Source: an uncultured Solirubrobacterales bacterium (GTDB lineage Bacteria; Actinomycetota; Thermoleophilia; Solirubrobacterales; Solirubrobacteraceae). From it: a stretch of DNA of 64,000 bases. Positions 9,549 to 19,419 of this stretch are shown piece by piece. Below the pieces are notes generated by a model. The model worked only from the letters and a program-made list of their open reading frames with translations, was not told the DNA's origin and ran no database searches. Each line of letters begins with the position of its first letter. The stretch's first letter is position 1. The position numbers and the translations under genes were made by a program. The stretch is taken from positions 17,533-81,532 of the forward strand of contig OY969769.1 in assembly GCA_963702905.1 (NCBI GenBank), written 5' to 3'.

Positions 9549-11429
9549 CTACTCGACTGTGACTGTCTTGGCGAGGTTGCGCGGCTGGTCCACGTTCAAG
9601 CCACGGCGTCGTGCCACCTCGTAGGCGAGCAGCTGCAACGGGATCACAGCAAGGATCGGCTGCAACATCCAGTCGATGGCTGGCACGGGGATCGCCACCT
9701 CCACTTGACCCGCGAGCTGGGTGTCGCCGTCGGTTGTGATTGCGATCACATGCGCCCCACGCGCGCGCACCTCTTGCATATTTGACACGATCTTCTCGAG
9801 CACCGGCGAGTCGGTGGCGATGCACACGACCGGCGTCGACTCGTCGAGCAGCGCGATCGGGCCGTGCTTCATCTCACCCGCGGCGTACGCGTCGGTGGCG
9901 ATGTAGGAGATCTCCTTGAGCTTCAACGCCCCCTCGAGCGCCACTGGCAGGCCAACGTGGCGTCCCAAGTAGAGGAAGAACTCGTCGCGCCAGTGATCAT
10001 CGGCCACTTTGGCCACCTGCTCACCCACACCCGAGACAACCTCGTCGATGCAGTGGGGCAACCGCTTCACCTCACTCACGAGCTCCGCGACCCTCTCAGG
10101 CGAGAGCGTTCCGCGCAGCTCCGCCAGGCGCAGACCAAGCAGGTAGATCGCCGCGACCTGGCACACGAACGTCTTGGTGGCGGCGACCCCGATCTCGAGG
10201 CCCGCTCGTGTGAACAGCACACCGTCGGATTCGCGGGTGGCTTGCGATCCCATCACATTCGTGATCGCCAGCACCTTCGCTCCGCGCTCGCGTGCCTTGC
10301 GCATCGCGGCAAGCGTGTCGGCGGTCTCGCCAGATTGCGAGATGCCGATCACCAGATCCCCCTCCCCCACGACAGGGTTGCGGTATCGGTACTCGGAGGC
10401 GATGTCCATTTCGACCGGCACGCGCGCCCACTCCTCGATCGCATAACGCCCGACAAGGCCAGCGTGATATGACGTGCCACAAGCCACGACAACGATCCTC
10501 TTGACATCCGCGAGGATCGACTCGTCGAGCGCTCCTGGCTCGTCAAGATCCACGCCATCCCCGCGCGCCACCCGGTCGGCGATCGTCTCGGCCACCGCGT
10601 CCGCCTGTTCGTGGATCTCCTTGAGCATGAACGTCTCATAGCCGCCCTTCTCGGCGGTGTCCTCGTCCCAATCGACCTCCTCCACCGCACGCTCTACGGC
10701 GTCGCCGGCCTGCGTGAGGATCGTGACCCCCTCGGGGTGCAGTACCACGATCTCGCCGTTCTCGATGTGCTGCACCAAGCGTGTTTGTGCGAGGAAGGCG
10801 GGGACCGCGGAGGCGATGAACTGCTCCCCCTCCCCCCTACCGACGACCAGCGGACACTCCTTGCGCGCACCCACGAGCGTGTCGGGCTCCTGCACACTCA
10901 TGGCGACGAATGCGAAGTGTCCCTCGAGCTCGGCGAAGGCGGCCCTTACCGCCACCGCGAGGTCGCCGTCATAGTGGGCTGAAATCAGATGCGCGATCAC
11001 CTCCGCGTCCGTCTCCGAGGTGAAGTCGCTGCCTTCCGCCTGCAAGCGCTCCTTGAGCGTCATGTAGTTCTCTACGATCCCGTTCACCACCACGTGGAGG
11101 CGATCCTCGGAGTCGTAGTGGGGGTGGGCGTTCTCCTCGCTCACGCGCCCGTGCGTGGCCCAGCGGGTATGGCCGATCCCGGTGGCTGGGAGCGGACGGG
11201 GTTCGGCTAGGGTCGCCACCGCCGTCCCACCCTCGCTCTCCCCTGCGTGGGCGTCGAGCTTGGCCTGTAGCGCGCTGAGGTTTCCCACCGAGCGCACCGC
11301 CTCAATGTGGTCGCCTGAGACCAGCGAGATCCCAGCACTGTCATAGCCCCGGTACTCGAGCTTCTTCAGCCCTGCGAGCAACAGCTCGCGGGCGGGGCGC
11401 TTTCCTACGTAGCCGACGATGCCGCACAC
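9549..11429 (-). CDS. glmS: Glutamine-fructose-6-phosphate aminotransferase
   Basis: MCGIVG N-terminus, GHTRWATHG, SQSGETAD, PRNLAKTVTVE. Confidence 0.98.
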   Translation of the reverse strand: MCGIVGYVGKRPARELLLAGLKKLEYRGYDSAGISLVSGDHIEAVRSVGNLSALQAKLDAHAGESEGGTAVATLAEPRPLPATGIGHTRWATHGRVSEENAHPHYDSEDRLHVVVNGIVENYMTLKERLQAEGSDFTSETDAEVIAHLISAHYDGDLAVAVRAAFAELEGHFAFVAMSVQEPDTLVGARKECPLVVGRGEGEQFIASAVPAFLAQTRLVQHIENGEIVVLHPEGVTILTQAGDAVERAVEEVDWDEDTAEKGGYETFMLKEIHEQADAVAETIADRVARGDGVDLDEPGALDESILADVKRIVVVACGTSYHAGLVGRYAIEEWARVPVEMDIASEYRYRNPVVGEGDLVIGISQSGETADTLAAMRKARERGAKVLAITNVMGSQATRESDGVLFTRAGLEIGVAATKTFVCQVAAIYLLGLRLAELRGTLSPERVAELVSEVKRLPHCIDEVVSGVGEQVAKVADDHWRDEFFLYLGRHVGLPVALEGALKLKEISYIATDAYAAGEMKHGPIALLDESTPVVCIATDSPVLEKIVSNMQEVRARGAHVIAITTDGDTQLAGQVEVAIPVPAIDWMLQPILAVIPLQLLAYEVARRRGLNVDQPRNLAKTVTVE

Positions 11430-11453
11430 CGCGACGACGATATCAGCGGCGTA

Positions 11454-12812
11454 TCACCCCAGCTCGCGCTGCACGACCGCTACCAAGCGCTCGCAAGTAG
11501 CGTCCGCCTCCTCGTCGGTGGGCGCCTCCACCATCACGCGCACGAGCGGCTCGGTGCCGCTCGGGCGCACCAGCACACGACCGCGCCCGGAGAGCGCGCG
11601 ATCCTCGCTCTCTACCGCCTCGCTCACGCTGTCCGCGCCCGCGAGCGCGCCTCGGTCGCGCACAGGCACGTTGACGAGCCTTTGCGGCAACTTCTCCATC
11701 GCGTCACGCTCGGCGAGATCGCGTCCGGCGAGCGCCTCCAGCGTGAGCAGCGCGCTCGCGAGCCCATCTCCGGTGCTGTTGAAGCCCATGTCGATGATGT
11801 GACCCGACTGCTCCCCTCCGAGCGCCCACTCCTTGCGTCGCAGCTCCTCCAGCACGTAGCGGTCGCCCACGTTCGTGCAAGCCACCTCGATACCCGCCTC
11901 GCGCATTGCGGCGTGGAAGCCGTAGTTGGTCATCACGGTCACAACCACCCCGTCTCCCGCGAGACGGCTGCGCTCGCGCAGGTGCAGAGCCGCCAGCGCG
12001 ATCAGCTCATCGCCGTCCACCACCGCTCCCTCACGGTCCACCGCCAGCACACGGTCGCCGTCGCCGTCGAAAGCGAACCCGAGCGCGTGCCCCCCTTCGC
12101 GGACCCGCTCGCCAAGGCTTGCGATGTGGGTGGAGCCGCAACCGGCGTTGATGTTGCGCCCGTCCGGGTTTGCAGCAATGACCGTCACGTTCGCACCCAG
12201 CCGTCTGAACATCTCTGGAGCGACCTTGTAGGTGGCGCCGTTGGCGCAGTCCACCAGCACGTCGAGCCCATCGAGTCGCAGGTCCGCGAAGCGCGCTTCC
12301 AGCTCGCGCAGATAGTCCTCGTGGGTGGCGCGCAGCTCGCGCACGTGCCCGATCGCGGGACTTCCACCCGCGCGACCTCCGGTTGCGGAGGCGCCCGTGA
12401 GCGTTCCGTCGCCTCCGCTTGCCCCCACCTCGGCTTCGATCGCGATCTCCGCATCGTCCCCGAGCTTGAAGCCGTCGGCGCCGAAGAACTTCACCCCGTT
12501 GTCCCGGTAGGGATTATGGGACGCCGACAGCACCACCGCCAGGTCAAAGCCGTAGCGCTTGAGCAGCAAAGGGGCGGCAGGCGTGGGGAGCACCCCACCG
12601 AGCAGCGCTTCTCCTCCGGCGGCGCTCACACCGGCGGCGAGCGCCGCCTGCAGCATCTCCCCCGACTCGCGTGTGTCGCGCACGATCAACACTCGCGGGC
12701 GCTCCGCGCCCACGCGATGAGTGGCGGCCTTGCCAAGTGCGAGAGCCAGCTCAGCGGTCAGCAGCTCACCTGCGACACCACGGACGCCGTCGGTCCCGAA
12801 CAGCCTCGCCAT
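11454..12812 (-). CDS. glmM: Phosphoglucosamine mutase
   Basis: FGTDGVRG, SASHNP, DGDGDR, GGEQSGH, RPSGTEP. Confidence 0.96.
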   Translation of the reverse strand: MARLFGTDGVRGVAGELLTAELALALGKAATHRVGAERPRVLIVRDTRESGEMLQAALAAGVSAAGGEALLGGVLPTPAAPLLLKRYGFDLAVVLSASHNPYRDNGVKFFGADGFKLGDDAEIAIEAEVGASGGDGTLTGASATGGRAGGSPAIGHVRELRATHEDYLRELEARFADLRLDGLDVLVDCANGATYKVAPEMFRRLGANVTVIAANPDGRNINAGCGSTHIASLGERVREGGHALGFAFDGDGDRVLAVDREGAVVDGDELIALAALHLRERSRLAGDGVVVTVMTNYGFHAAMREAGIEVACTNVGDRYVLEELRRKEWALGGEQSGHIIDMGFNSTGDGLASALLTLEALAGRDLAERDAMEKLPQRLVNVPVRDRGALAGADSVSEAVESEDRALSGRGRVLVRPSGTEPLVRVMVEAPTDEEADATCERLVAVVQRELG

Positions 12813-12820
12813 AAAGGGGT

Positions 12821-13696
12821 CTAGCGCTTGGAGAACTGCGGGCGCTTGCGGGCCTTCTTGAGGCCTGCCTTCTTGCGCTCCTTGGCGCGCGAGTCGCGCG
12901 TGAGGAACCCGCGTCGCTTGAGCTCGCCGCGCAGGTTGGGGTCGGCCTCCAGCAGCGCGCGAGAGATGCCGTGACGCAGCGCGCCGGCCTGAGCCGAGAT
13001 CCCGCCGCCATGCAAGCGCGCGACTACGTCCATGCGGTCTTGGTAGCCAACGGTCTCAAGCGGCTGGCGGATGTTGCGCTGAAGCGTCACTCGCGGGAAG
13101 TGCTCGTCGAGCGCCTTCCCGTTGACGAGGTAGGCGCCGGTGCCGGGCCTGAGGATCACTCGCGCGATCGCCGTCTTGCGCTTGCCGGTCGCCTTGTAGC
13201 GAGCCCCGGAAGCCAGGTCGATGGCGGCTGTTGAGATCGGCTCTGGGAGGGGCTCGCTCTCGGTCTCCTCCTCAGCCCGTGGCTCCTCGTCCTCCTCGAT
13301 CGCATACGGATCGCTGGGTTGCTCGGGGGCGAGCGGATCGACGCCCTCTGGGACGATGTCAACTTCGAGGTGTGCTCCTGGGACACTCGGCTTGACGCGC
13401 GGCGCGGGGGCCTCTTCCTCCTCCTCGGAGTCACCCGCCTCCTCGGACGCGGCCTCCTCGGCGACCGGCTCACTCACCGAGGGCGCTTCTGGCTCAGACT
13501 CGGCGACAGGCTGCTCTGCGGGCGCCTCCGCAACGGGCTCCTCGACAGGCGCTGCCTCCTCTACGGACTCCTCGGCGACCGGCTGCGAGGCGCTCTCCTC
13601 GGCCGCGGCCGGGGTCTCCTCGGCAGATGACGCCTCGGGGGTGGGCTCGACCGGCTCAGGCTGCTCGTCGGTGTGCTCTGTCGGCTCGTCGGCCAT
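12821..13696 (-). CDS. rpsI: 30S ribosomal protein S9 with a long acidic N-terminal extension
   Basis: [11 protein letters not shown]...[10 protein letters not shown]...[19 protein letters not shown]. Confidence 0.96.
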   Translation of the reverse strand: MADEPTEHTDEQPEPVEPTPEASSAEETPAAAEESASQPVAEESVEEAAPVEEPVAEAPAEQPVAESEPEAPSVSEPVAEEAASEEAGDSEEEEEAPAPRVKPSVPGAHLEVDIVPEGVDPLAPEQPSDPYAIEEDEEPRAEEETESEPLPEPISTAAIDLASGARYKATGKRKTAIARVILRPGTGAYLVNGKALDEHFPRVTLQRNIRQPLETVGYQDRMDVVARLHGGGISAQAGALRHGISRALLEADPNLRGELKRRGFLTRDSRAKERKKAGLKKARKRPQFSKR

Positions 13697-14130
13697 CAGG
13701 CCTCGATCTCCATCGGTTGCGGTTTCTGGGCTACGTGTGGGTGCTCGGGGCCGGCGTAGACCTTGAGCTTGGTGATCTGCTTGCGAGCAAGGCGGTTGCG
13801 CGGCATCATGCCCTTCACGGCGAGTCTGATGATCTCCTCAGGACGGCGCTCGATCATTTCCTCAAAGGTGCGTGAGCGCAACCCACCGGGGTAGCCGGAG
13901 TGGCGGTAGTAGCGCTTGGCTTTGCGCTTGTCGCCGGTGACGGCGATCTTCTCCGCGTTCACAACCACCACGAAGTCGCCCGTGTCGATATGGGGTGTGT
14001 ACTCGGGCTTGCGCTTCCCGCGCAACACATCGGCGATCTGCGTGGCGAGACGCCCGAGCGTCTTGCCGTTCGCGTCGACGACGAGCCAGTTGCGCTCGCG
14101 ATCTGTTGGCTTGGCTACGTAGGTCTTCAT
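13696..14130 (-). CDS. rplM: 50S ribosomal protein L13
   Basis: [31 protein letters not shown]. Confidence 0.98.
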   Translation of the reverse strand: MKTYVAKPTDRERNWLVVDANGKTLGRLATQIADVLRGKRKPEYTPHIDTGDFVVVVNAEKIAVTGDKRKAKRYYRHSGYPGGLRSRTFEEMIERRPEEIIRLAVKGMMPRNRLARKQITKLKVYAGPEHPHVAQKPQPMEIEA

Positions 14131-14182
14131 AACGTGAAAAAGGCCGCGCGAGGAAGCCGCGCGGCGCGACGGCGAATGATAG

Positions 14183-15790
14183 CTACTCCCACTCGATGGT
14201 GCCTGGGGGCTTGCTGGTGATGTCCAGCACCACCCGGTTCACCTCGCGCAGCTCGTTGATCATGCGCGAGGCGACCGTCTCAAGCAGGTCGTAGGGAAGG
14301 CGGGCCCAGTCGGCGGTCATAGCGTCGTCGGAGGTCACCGCGCGGATGACCACCACGTAGCCATATGTGCGCTCGTCGCCCTGCACACCGACGGTGCGCA
14401 CGTCGGGGAGCACACAGAAGGACTGCCACAGCTCACGGTAGAGCCCCGCCTTGCGGATCTCCTCCTGCAGGATGTGGTCCGCCTCGCGCAGCACGTCCAA
14501 ACGCTCCCTGGTTGCTTCGCCGCCGACGACCCTGATGGCAAGGCCCGGGCCGGGGAACGGCTGGCGCCACACCAGGCGCTCCGGCAATCCCAGCTCAGCG
14601 CCCACCGCTCTGACCTCGTCCTTGAAGAGCGCGCGCAGCGGCTCGACCAGCTCGAACTGCATGTCCTCAGGCAGGCCGCCCACGTTGTGGTGTGACTTGA
14701 TCGTGGCGGCGCCCGTGCCTCCGCCCGACTCGATCACATCGGAATAGAGGGTCCCTTGGACCAGATAGCGAGCGGGGCTTGAGGCAGAAATCTTCGTGGC
14801 CTCCTCCTCGAATACCCTGATGAACTCGGCGCCAATCGCCTTGCGCTTTGCCTCCGGCTCTGTGACACCTTTGAGCTTCTCCAGGAAGCGCGTCTCAGCG
14901 TCGACCGCCACGAGCGGCACCTTGAAGGTGTCGCGGAACGCGCTGATCACCTGCTCGCCCTCATCCTTGCGCATCAAGCCGTGATCGACGAACACGCAGG
15001 TGAGCTGGTCACCGATCGCGCGGTGCACGAGCAGCGCCGCCACAGAGGAGTCGACGCCTCCCGAGAGACCGCAGATGACGCGTCCGTCGCCCACCTGCTT
15101 GCGGATGCGCGCGATCTGGTCTTCGGCGATGGACGCCGGCGACCATGTGCGCTCGCAGCCGCACACCTCGGTGAGGAAACGCGTGAGGATCTCCTGCCCA
15201 TAGGGGGTGTGGACGACCTCAGGGTGGAACTGGATGCCGTAGATCCCATGTTCGACGTCCTCGACCGCCGCCACCGGCGAGGCCGTCGACGAGGCGAGCG
15301 CCGTGAACCCGGCGGGCGCCTCAAAGACCGTGTCGCGGTGTGACATCCAGCATGTCTGCTCCTTGGGCATCCCTGCGAGCAGCACCCCTGGCTCTGAGAC
15401 GGTGAGGTCGGAGCGGCCGAACTCGCCCACCTCGGCTTGCTCGACGCGACCTCCCAGCTCGTGGACGATGAGCTGCATCCCGTAACAGATGCCCAGCACC
15501 GGAACACCGAGATCGAGCAGTTCGCGCTCCAGGCGGGGCGCGCCGGACGCGTACACCGACGCGGGTCCCCCGGAGAGGATGATGCCGCGCGGTTTGCGCT
15601 TCACCACCTCCTCCAACCCGACGTGGTGGGGCAACAGCTCGGAGAACACCCCGCAGTCGCGGATGCGCCGCGCGATCAGCTGTGAGTACTGGCCCCCGTA
15701 GTCGAGGACCACCACCTCCTCGCGCGCCGCCGCCAGCCCGGTTGGGGCCTGTGGAGACGGCGCGGTGGCCGCGGCAGCGGTCTCAGTCAT
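14183..15790 (-). CDS. guaA: GMP synthase (glutamine-hydrolysing)
   Basis: [45 protein letters not shown]. Confidence 0.98.
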   Translation of the reverse strand: MTETAAAATAPSPQAPTGLAAAREEVVVLDYGGQYSQLIARRIRDCGVFSELLPHHVGLEEVVKRKPRGIILSGGPASVYASGAPRLERELLDLGVPVLGICYGMQLIVHELGGRVEQAEVGEFGRSDLTVSEPGVLLAGMPKEQTCWMSHRDTVFEAPAGFTALASSTASPVAAVEDVEHGIYGIQFHPEVVHTPYGQEILTRFLTEVCGCERTWSPASIAEDQIARIRKQVGDGRVICGLSGGVDSSVAALLVHRAIGDQLTCVFVDHGLMRKDEGEQVISAFRDTFKVPLVAVDAETRFLEKLKGVTEPEAKRKAIGAEFIRVFEEEATKISASSPARYLVQGTLYSDVIESGGGTGAATIKSHHNVGGLPEDMQFELVEPLRALFKDEVRAVGAELGLPERLVWRQPFPGPGLAIRVVGGEATRERLDVLREADHILQEEIRKAGLYRELWQSFCVLPDVRTVGVQGDERTYGYVVVIRAVTSDDAMTADWARLPYDLLETVASRMINELREVNRVVLDITSKPPGTIEWE

Positions 15791-16973
15791 TGACTAGCGC
15801 TGCCGCCTTGCCGTTGGAGCCCATCCCCACGGACTGGTCCCGCTGAAGCTGCTTGCCCTCGGTTTGCAGGGCGGGCGCGATCACCACCTCCGCGCGGTTG
15901 AACTCGGCGAGGTCCTTGTGCCCACAGGTCGCCATCGAGGTGCGCAAGCCGCCGAACAGGTTGAAGGTGCCGTCGTTCTCACGCGCGGGCCCCACCAGGA
16001 TCTCCTCGAGCGTCCCGTTCTGGGTTGTCGCCACACGGGCGCCACGGGGAAGCGTGGGATGAAACGTCGCCATCCCCCAGTGAAAGCCCCGTCCCGGCGC
16101 TTCATGGGCGCGCGCAAGCGGCGATCCGATCATCACCGCGTCGGCGCCCAGCGCGATCGCCTTGGAGACATCACCGCCGTTGCGCATGCCGCCATCGGCG
16201 ATCACCTGGCAGTACTCGCCCGTCTCCAGCATGTGCGTGGAGCGCGCGTGGGCGACGTCCGCGATGGCGGTCGCCTGCGGCACGCCGATCCCCAGCACCC
16301 CACGCGTGGTGCAGGCGGCGCCCGGACCGACACCCACGAGCACGCCGGCAGCGCCGGTGCGCATCAGGTGAAGACCCGTCTGGTAGGAGGCGCAACCGCC
16401 CACCACCACCGGCACGTCGAGTGAGGGAATGAACTCCTTCAGGTTCAGCGGCTCTGACACCGTGGAGACGTGTTCGCCGGACACCACCGTGCCTTGGATC
16501 ACGAGCACGTCGAGGCCTGCCTCCAGCGCCAGCTCGTGGTACTCGAGCACCCGCTGGGGCGTCAGAGAGGCGGCCACGACCTGCTTTTGATCCTTGATTT
16601 CACGAATCCGCTGGGCGATCAGCTCAGGGATCACGGGCTGGCTGTAGATCTCCTGCATCTCCCGCGTCGCCACGTCCTTGGGCAGCTTGGAGATGCGCTC
16701 GAGCTGCTCGTCGGCGTCCTCATAGCGAGTGAAGATCCCCTCGAGGTTGAGCACCGCCAATCCGCCCAGTTCCCCCACGATCGCCGCCGTCTTCGGAGAC
16801 ACGACACCGTCCATTGCGGAGGCCATCATCGGCAGCTCGAACTGATAGGGACCGAGCTTCCAGGAGATGTCGATGTCGTCGGGGTCGCGTGTGCGCCTGG
16901 AGGGCACGATCGCGATGTCGTCGAATCCGTATGCGCGGCGGCCTTGCTTGCCGCGTCCAATCTCTACTTCCAT
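15783..16973 (-). CDS. guaB: GuaB3-type IMP dehydrogenase-related protein (no CBS domains)
   Basis: [17 protein letters not shown] start; [22 protein letters not shown]; IADGG. Confidence 0.9.
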   Translation of the reverse strand: MEVEIGRGKQGRRAYGFDDIAIVPSRRTRDPDDIDISWKLGPYQFELPMMASAMDGVVSPKTAAIVGELGGLAVLNLEGIFTRYEDADEQLERISKLPKDVATREMQEIYSQPVIPELIAQRIREIKDQKQVVAASLTPQRVLEYHELALEAGLDVLVIQGTVVSGEHVSTVSEPLNLKEFIPSLDVPVVVGGCASYQTGLHLMRTGAAGVLVGVGPGAACTTRGVLGIGVPQATAIADVAHARSTHMLETGEYCQVIADGGMRNGGDVSKAIALGADAVMIGSPLARAHEAPGRGFHWGMATFHPTLPRGARVATTQNGTLEEILVGPARENDGTFNLFGGLRTSMATCGHKDLAEFNRAEVVIAPALQTEGKQLQRDQSVGMGSNGKAAALVND

Positions 16974-17042
16974 CGAAGAATCCTTACAGTCGCGGCGGAC
17001 GAGCATAACAACCTGCTCGGAGCGCTTGGGTATGCTCGATCG

Positions 17043-19370
17043 GTGAGCCAGCGCACACTTCCACACTACGACCCACACGCGATCGAGCCCGCTCGGCAGG
17101 CCGCATGGAGCGAGCAAAACGCCTTCCGCACGCCCGCCATCGGAAGCGATCGGCCGCGCAAGTACATCAAGCCCTCGGCACCGTTCACCTCGGGGAACAT
17201 CCACATCGGGCACGTGCGCAGCTACTCGATCGGCGATGCCTACGCACGCTTCTGTCGCGCGCGGGGGGAGGACGTGCTGTTCGCGTTCGGCTTCGACTCC
17301 TTCGGCCTGCCCGCCGAGCTCGGCGCGATCGCCGGCAAAGAGTCGCCGAACGAGTGGGTGGAGCGCTGCGCTGAGCACATGATCGGACAGCTGCGACGCC
17401 TTGGGTTCTCCTTCGATTGGGAGCGCACGTTCATGAGCTCACACCCGATCATGTACCGCTGGTCGCAGTGGTTGTTCCTGACTCTCCTGGAGGCAGGTTT
17501 GGTGTACCGGGGTACCGGAAGCGTCGACTGGTGTGACACCTGCCAGACCACGCTCGCCACCATCCAGGTGGAGAACGGGGAGTGCTGGCGCTGCCACAAC
17601 CCAGTGCGCTTGATCCAGCAACCACAGTGGTACCTACGGATCAGCGCATACGTCGAGGAGAACGACCGGCGCCTGCAGGAGCTGGCGGAGAGCGGCATCT
17701 GGGATGAGAACGCGCTCGCCTCCCAACGCTTCGTGCTCGGGCGAGTGGATGGGGTAGAGCTCGACCTGTACGCGGCCGACGGAACGACGCTCGCGGTATT
17801 CACACCCCACACCGAGGCGCTCGAGGGGGCGCGTTTCGTGGCGATCTCCCCCAAGCACCCCGACGTTGAGCTGTGGGCGGCCGGGGCTGGACTGCACGAG
17901 CGCCTGGAGGAGTTGCGCTCGGGAGGGTTGGAGCGGGGAGCGCGCGAGGCGGAGAGCATGCCGTTGATCAACACGGGTAGAACACTGCCCTCCCCCACCG
18001 GCGGTGAGCCACTGCCGGTGATCGTCTCCCCAACCGTGGACGGTCGCTTCGGCGCGACGGCAGTGTTGGGGATCCCCGAGCACGACCGCACCGACGCGGT
18101 GATCGCCGAGCGACTGCTTGGGGCGCAGGGGGTATTCCCCTCACAGGGGGACTCGCGCGGGGACTCACCACAAAGCCCCGCGCGCGCACGCGAGGGGGTG
18201 GCTGAGGGAATACCCACAACCCTCACCGAGGGCTCCGATGCGGGTCGGCCGGCGGTGCGCTACCGGGCAAACGACTTCACGATCTCAAGGCAGCGCTCCT
18301 GGGGGACGCCGATCCCGATCGTGTACTGCGAGAGCTGCGGCGCCGTGCCGCTCCCCACCGAGCAATTGCCGGTGATCTTGCCGCTCGATCTCAAGCCCAC
18401 CGGCGCCGGTAACCCGCTGGCGGAGCGAGATGACTTCGTCAACACCACCTGCCCGGCCTGCGGGGGAAGCGCGAAGCGCGAGACGGACACGCTCGACTGC
18501 CACTTCGACGCGCTGTGGTTGTGGGTGCCGGTATGCGTGCCGACAAGTGAGCGGGAGCAGACGCTCGAGCACATCCTGGCGCTCGAGGATTTGCGCGCCT
18601 GGTTGCCCTCCGAGCGTGTGGTGGCGGGGTCGGACAGCGGGAACTTCGTGTTCGACCAGCGCACGGTGACCAAGGCGCTACGGGACATCGGCCCGCTCGA
18701 GTTCCTGGCGGATGGGGAGCCGTTCGCGGGGTGCCTCTTCCACGAGATGGTGATCCGGGACGGGCGCAAGATGAGCAAGCACCTCGGCAACGTGGTGGAC
18801 CCCGACGAGCTGGTGGGGCAGCACGGGGCGGACACGATCCGGCTGGCGGTGCTGTACGCCGCGAGGGCCCAGCGCTCGTTGAACTGGAGCGACAGCGACG
18901 TCAAGCGCTGCCATCGCTTTCTCAGGCAGCTATGGGAGTACTCCCAGGCGCGCTTCGCTATCGACCCGGCGGCGACATCGGGGGCCGAGACGAACGGAGC
19001 GTCTCCCGACGGCGAGCCCACGATGGGACCCGACAAGACCGAGCACCTGCGCAAGCGCTTGGAGCAATGGTGCGCGACCGCGGTGGAGAAGATCACCGAG
19101 GACGCGAGAGAGCTCGAGATGCACAGCGCGGTGCGCAACGTGATGCGACTGTTCGACCGCATCCGGGACTATGAGAAGCGGGTGCTCGCAAAGAGGGGAT
19201 CGCTGTGTGAGGAGGACCGCGAGGCGCAGGTGGAGGCGCTGCGGATGCTCGCGCGAGTGCTTATGCCCTTCGCCCCCCACATCGCCGAGGAGCTTCTGAT
19301 CGCATCGCATCCGGATGGCGCCGGGGAGATCGACGCGACGTGGCCCACGAGCGAGCTTGTGCCACGATGA
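17043..19370 (+). CDS. Leucyl-tRNA synthetase-like class I ligase paralogue (altered amino-acid pocket, C-terminal domain absent)
   Basis: HIGH and KMSKH motifs, FGLPAE, SRQRSWGTPIP, Zn knuckles, CP1-like GIPEHDRTD; GTG start 6 nt after TATGCT. Confidence 0.9.
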   Translation: MSQRTLPHYDPHAIEPARQAAWSEQNAFRTPAIGSDRPRKYIKPSAPFTSGNIHIGHVRSYSIGDAYARFCRARGEDVLFAFGFDSFGLPAELGAIAGKESPNEWVERCAEHMIGQLRRLGFSFDWERTFMSSHPIMYRWSQWLFLTLLEAGLVYRGTGSVDWCDTCQTTLATIQVENGECWRCHNPVRLIQQPQWYLRISAYVEENDRRLQELAESGIWDENALASQRFVLGRVDGVELDLYAADGTTLAVFTPHTEALEGARFVAISPKHPDVELWAAGAGLHERLEELRSGGLERGAREAESMPLINTGRTLPSPTGGEPLPVIVSPTVDGRFGATAVLGIPEHDRTDAVIAERLLGAQGVFPSQGDSRGDSPQSPARAREGVAEGIPTTLTEGSDAGRPAVRYRANDFTISRQRSWGTPIPIVYCESCGAVPLPTEQLPVILPLDLKPTGAGNPLAERDDFVNTTCPACGGSAKRETDTLDCHFDALWLWVPVCVPTSEREQTLEHILALEDLRAWLPSERVVAGSDSGNFVFDQRTVTKALRDIGPLEFLADGEPFAGCLFHEMVIRDGRKMSKHLGNVVDPDELVGQHGADTIRLAVLYAARAQRSLNWSDSDVKRCHRFLRQLWEYSQARFAIDPAATSGAETNGASPDGEPTMGPDKTEHLRKRLEQWCATAVEKITEDARELEMHSAVRNVMRLFDRIRDYEKRVLAKRGSLCEEDREAQVEALRMLARVLMPFAPHIAEELLIASHPDGAGEIDATWPTSELVPR

Positions 19371-19419
19371 CGGTGCGATTTCGATGCCAACCAACTCGAC
19401 ACGGAAGGGGTGAGACCGG

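Noticed and set aside
11430-11453. glmS ribozyme upstream of glmS
   Set aside because: Only 24 bp between glmM and glmS
16470-17042. 190-aa N-terminal extension of the LeuRS-like ORF in the track
   Set aside because: It is the antisense of guaB; LeuRS similarity starts at GTG 17043
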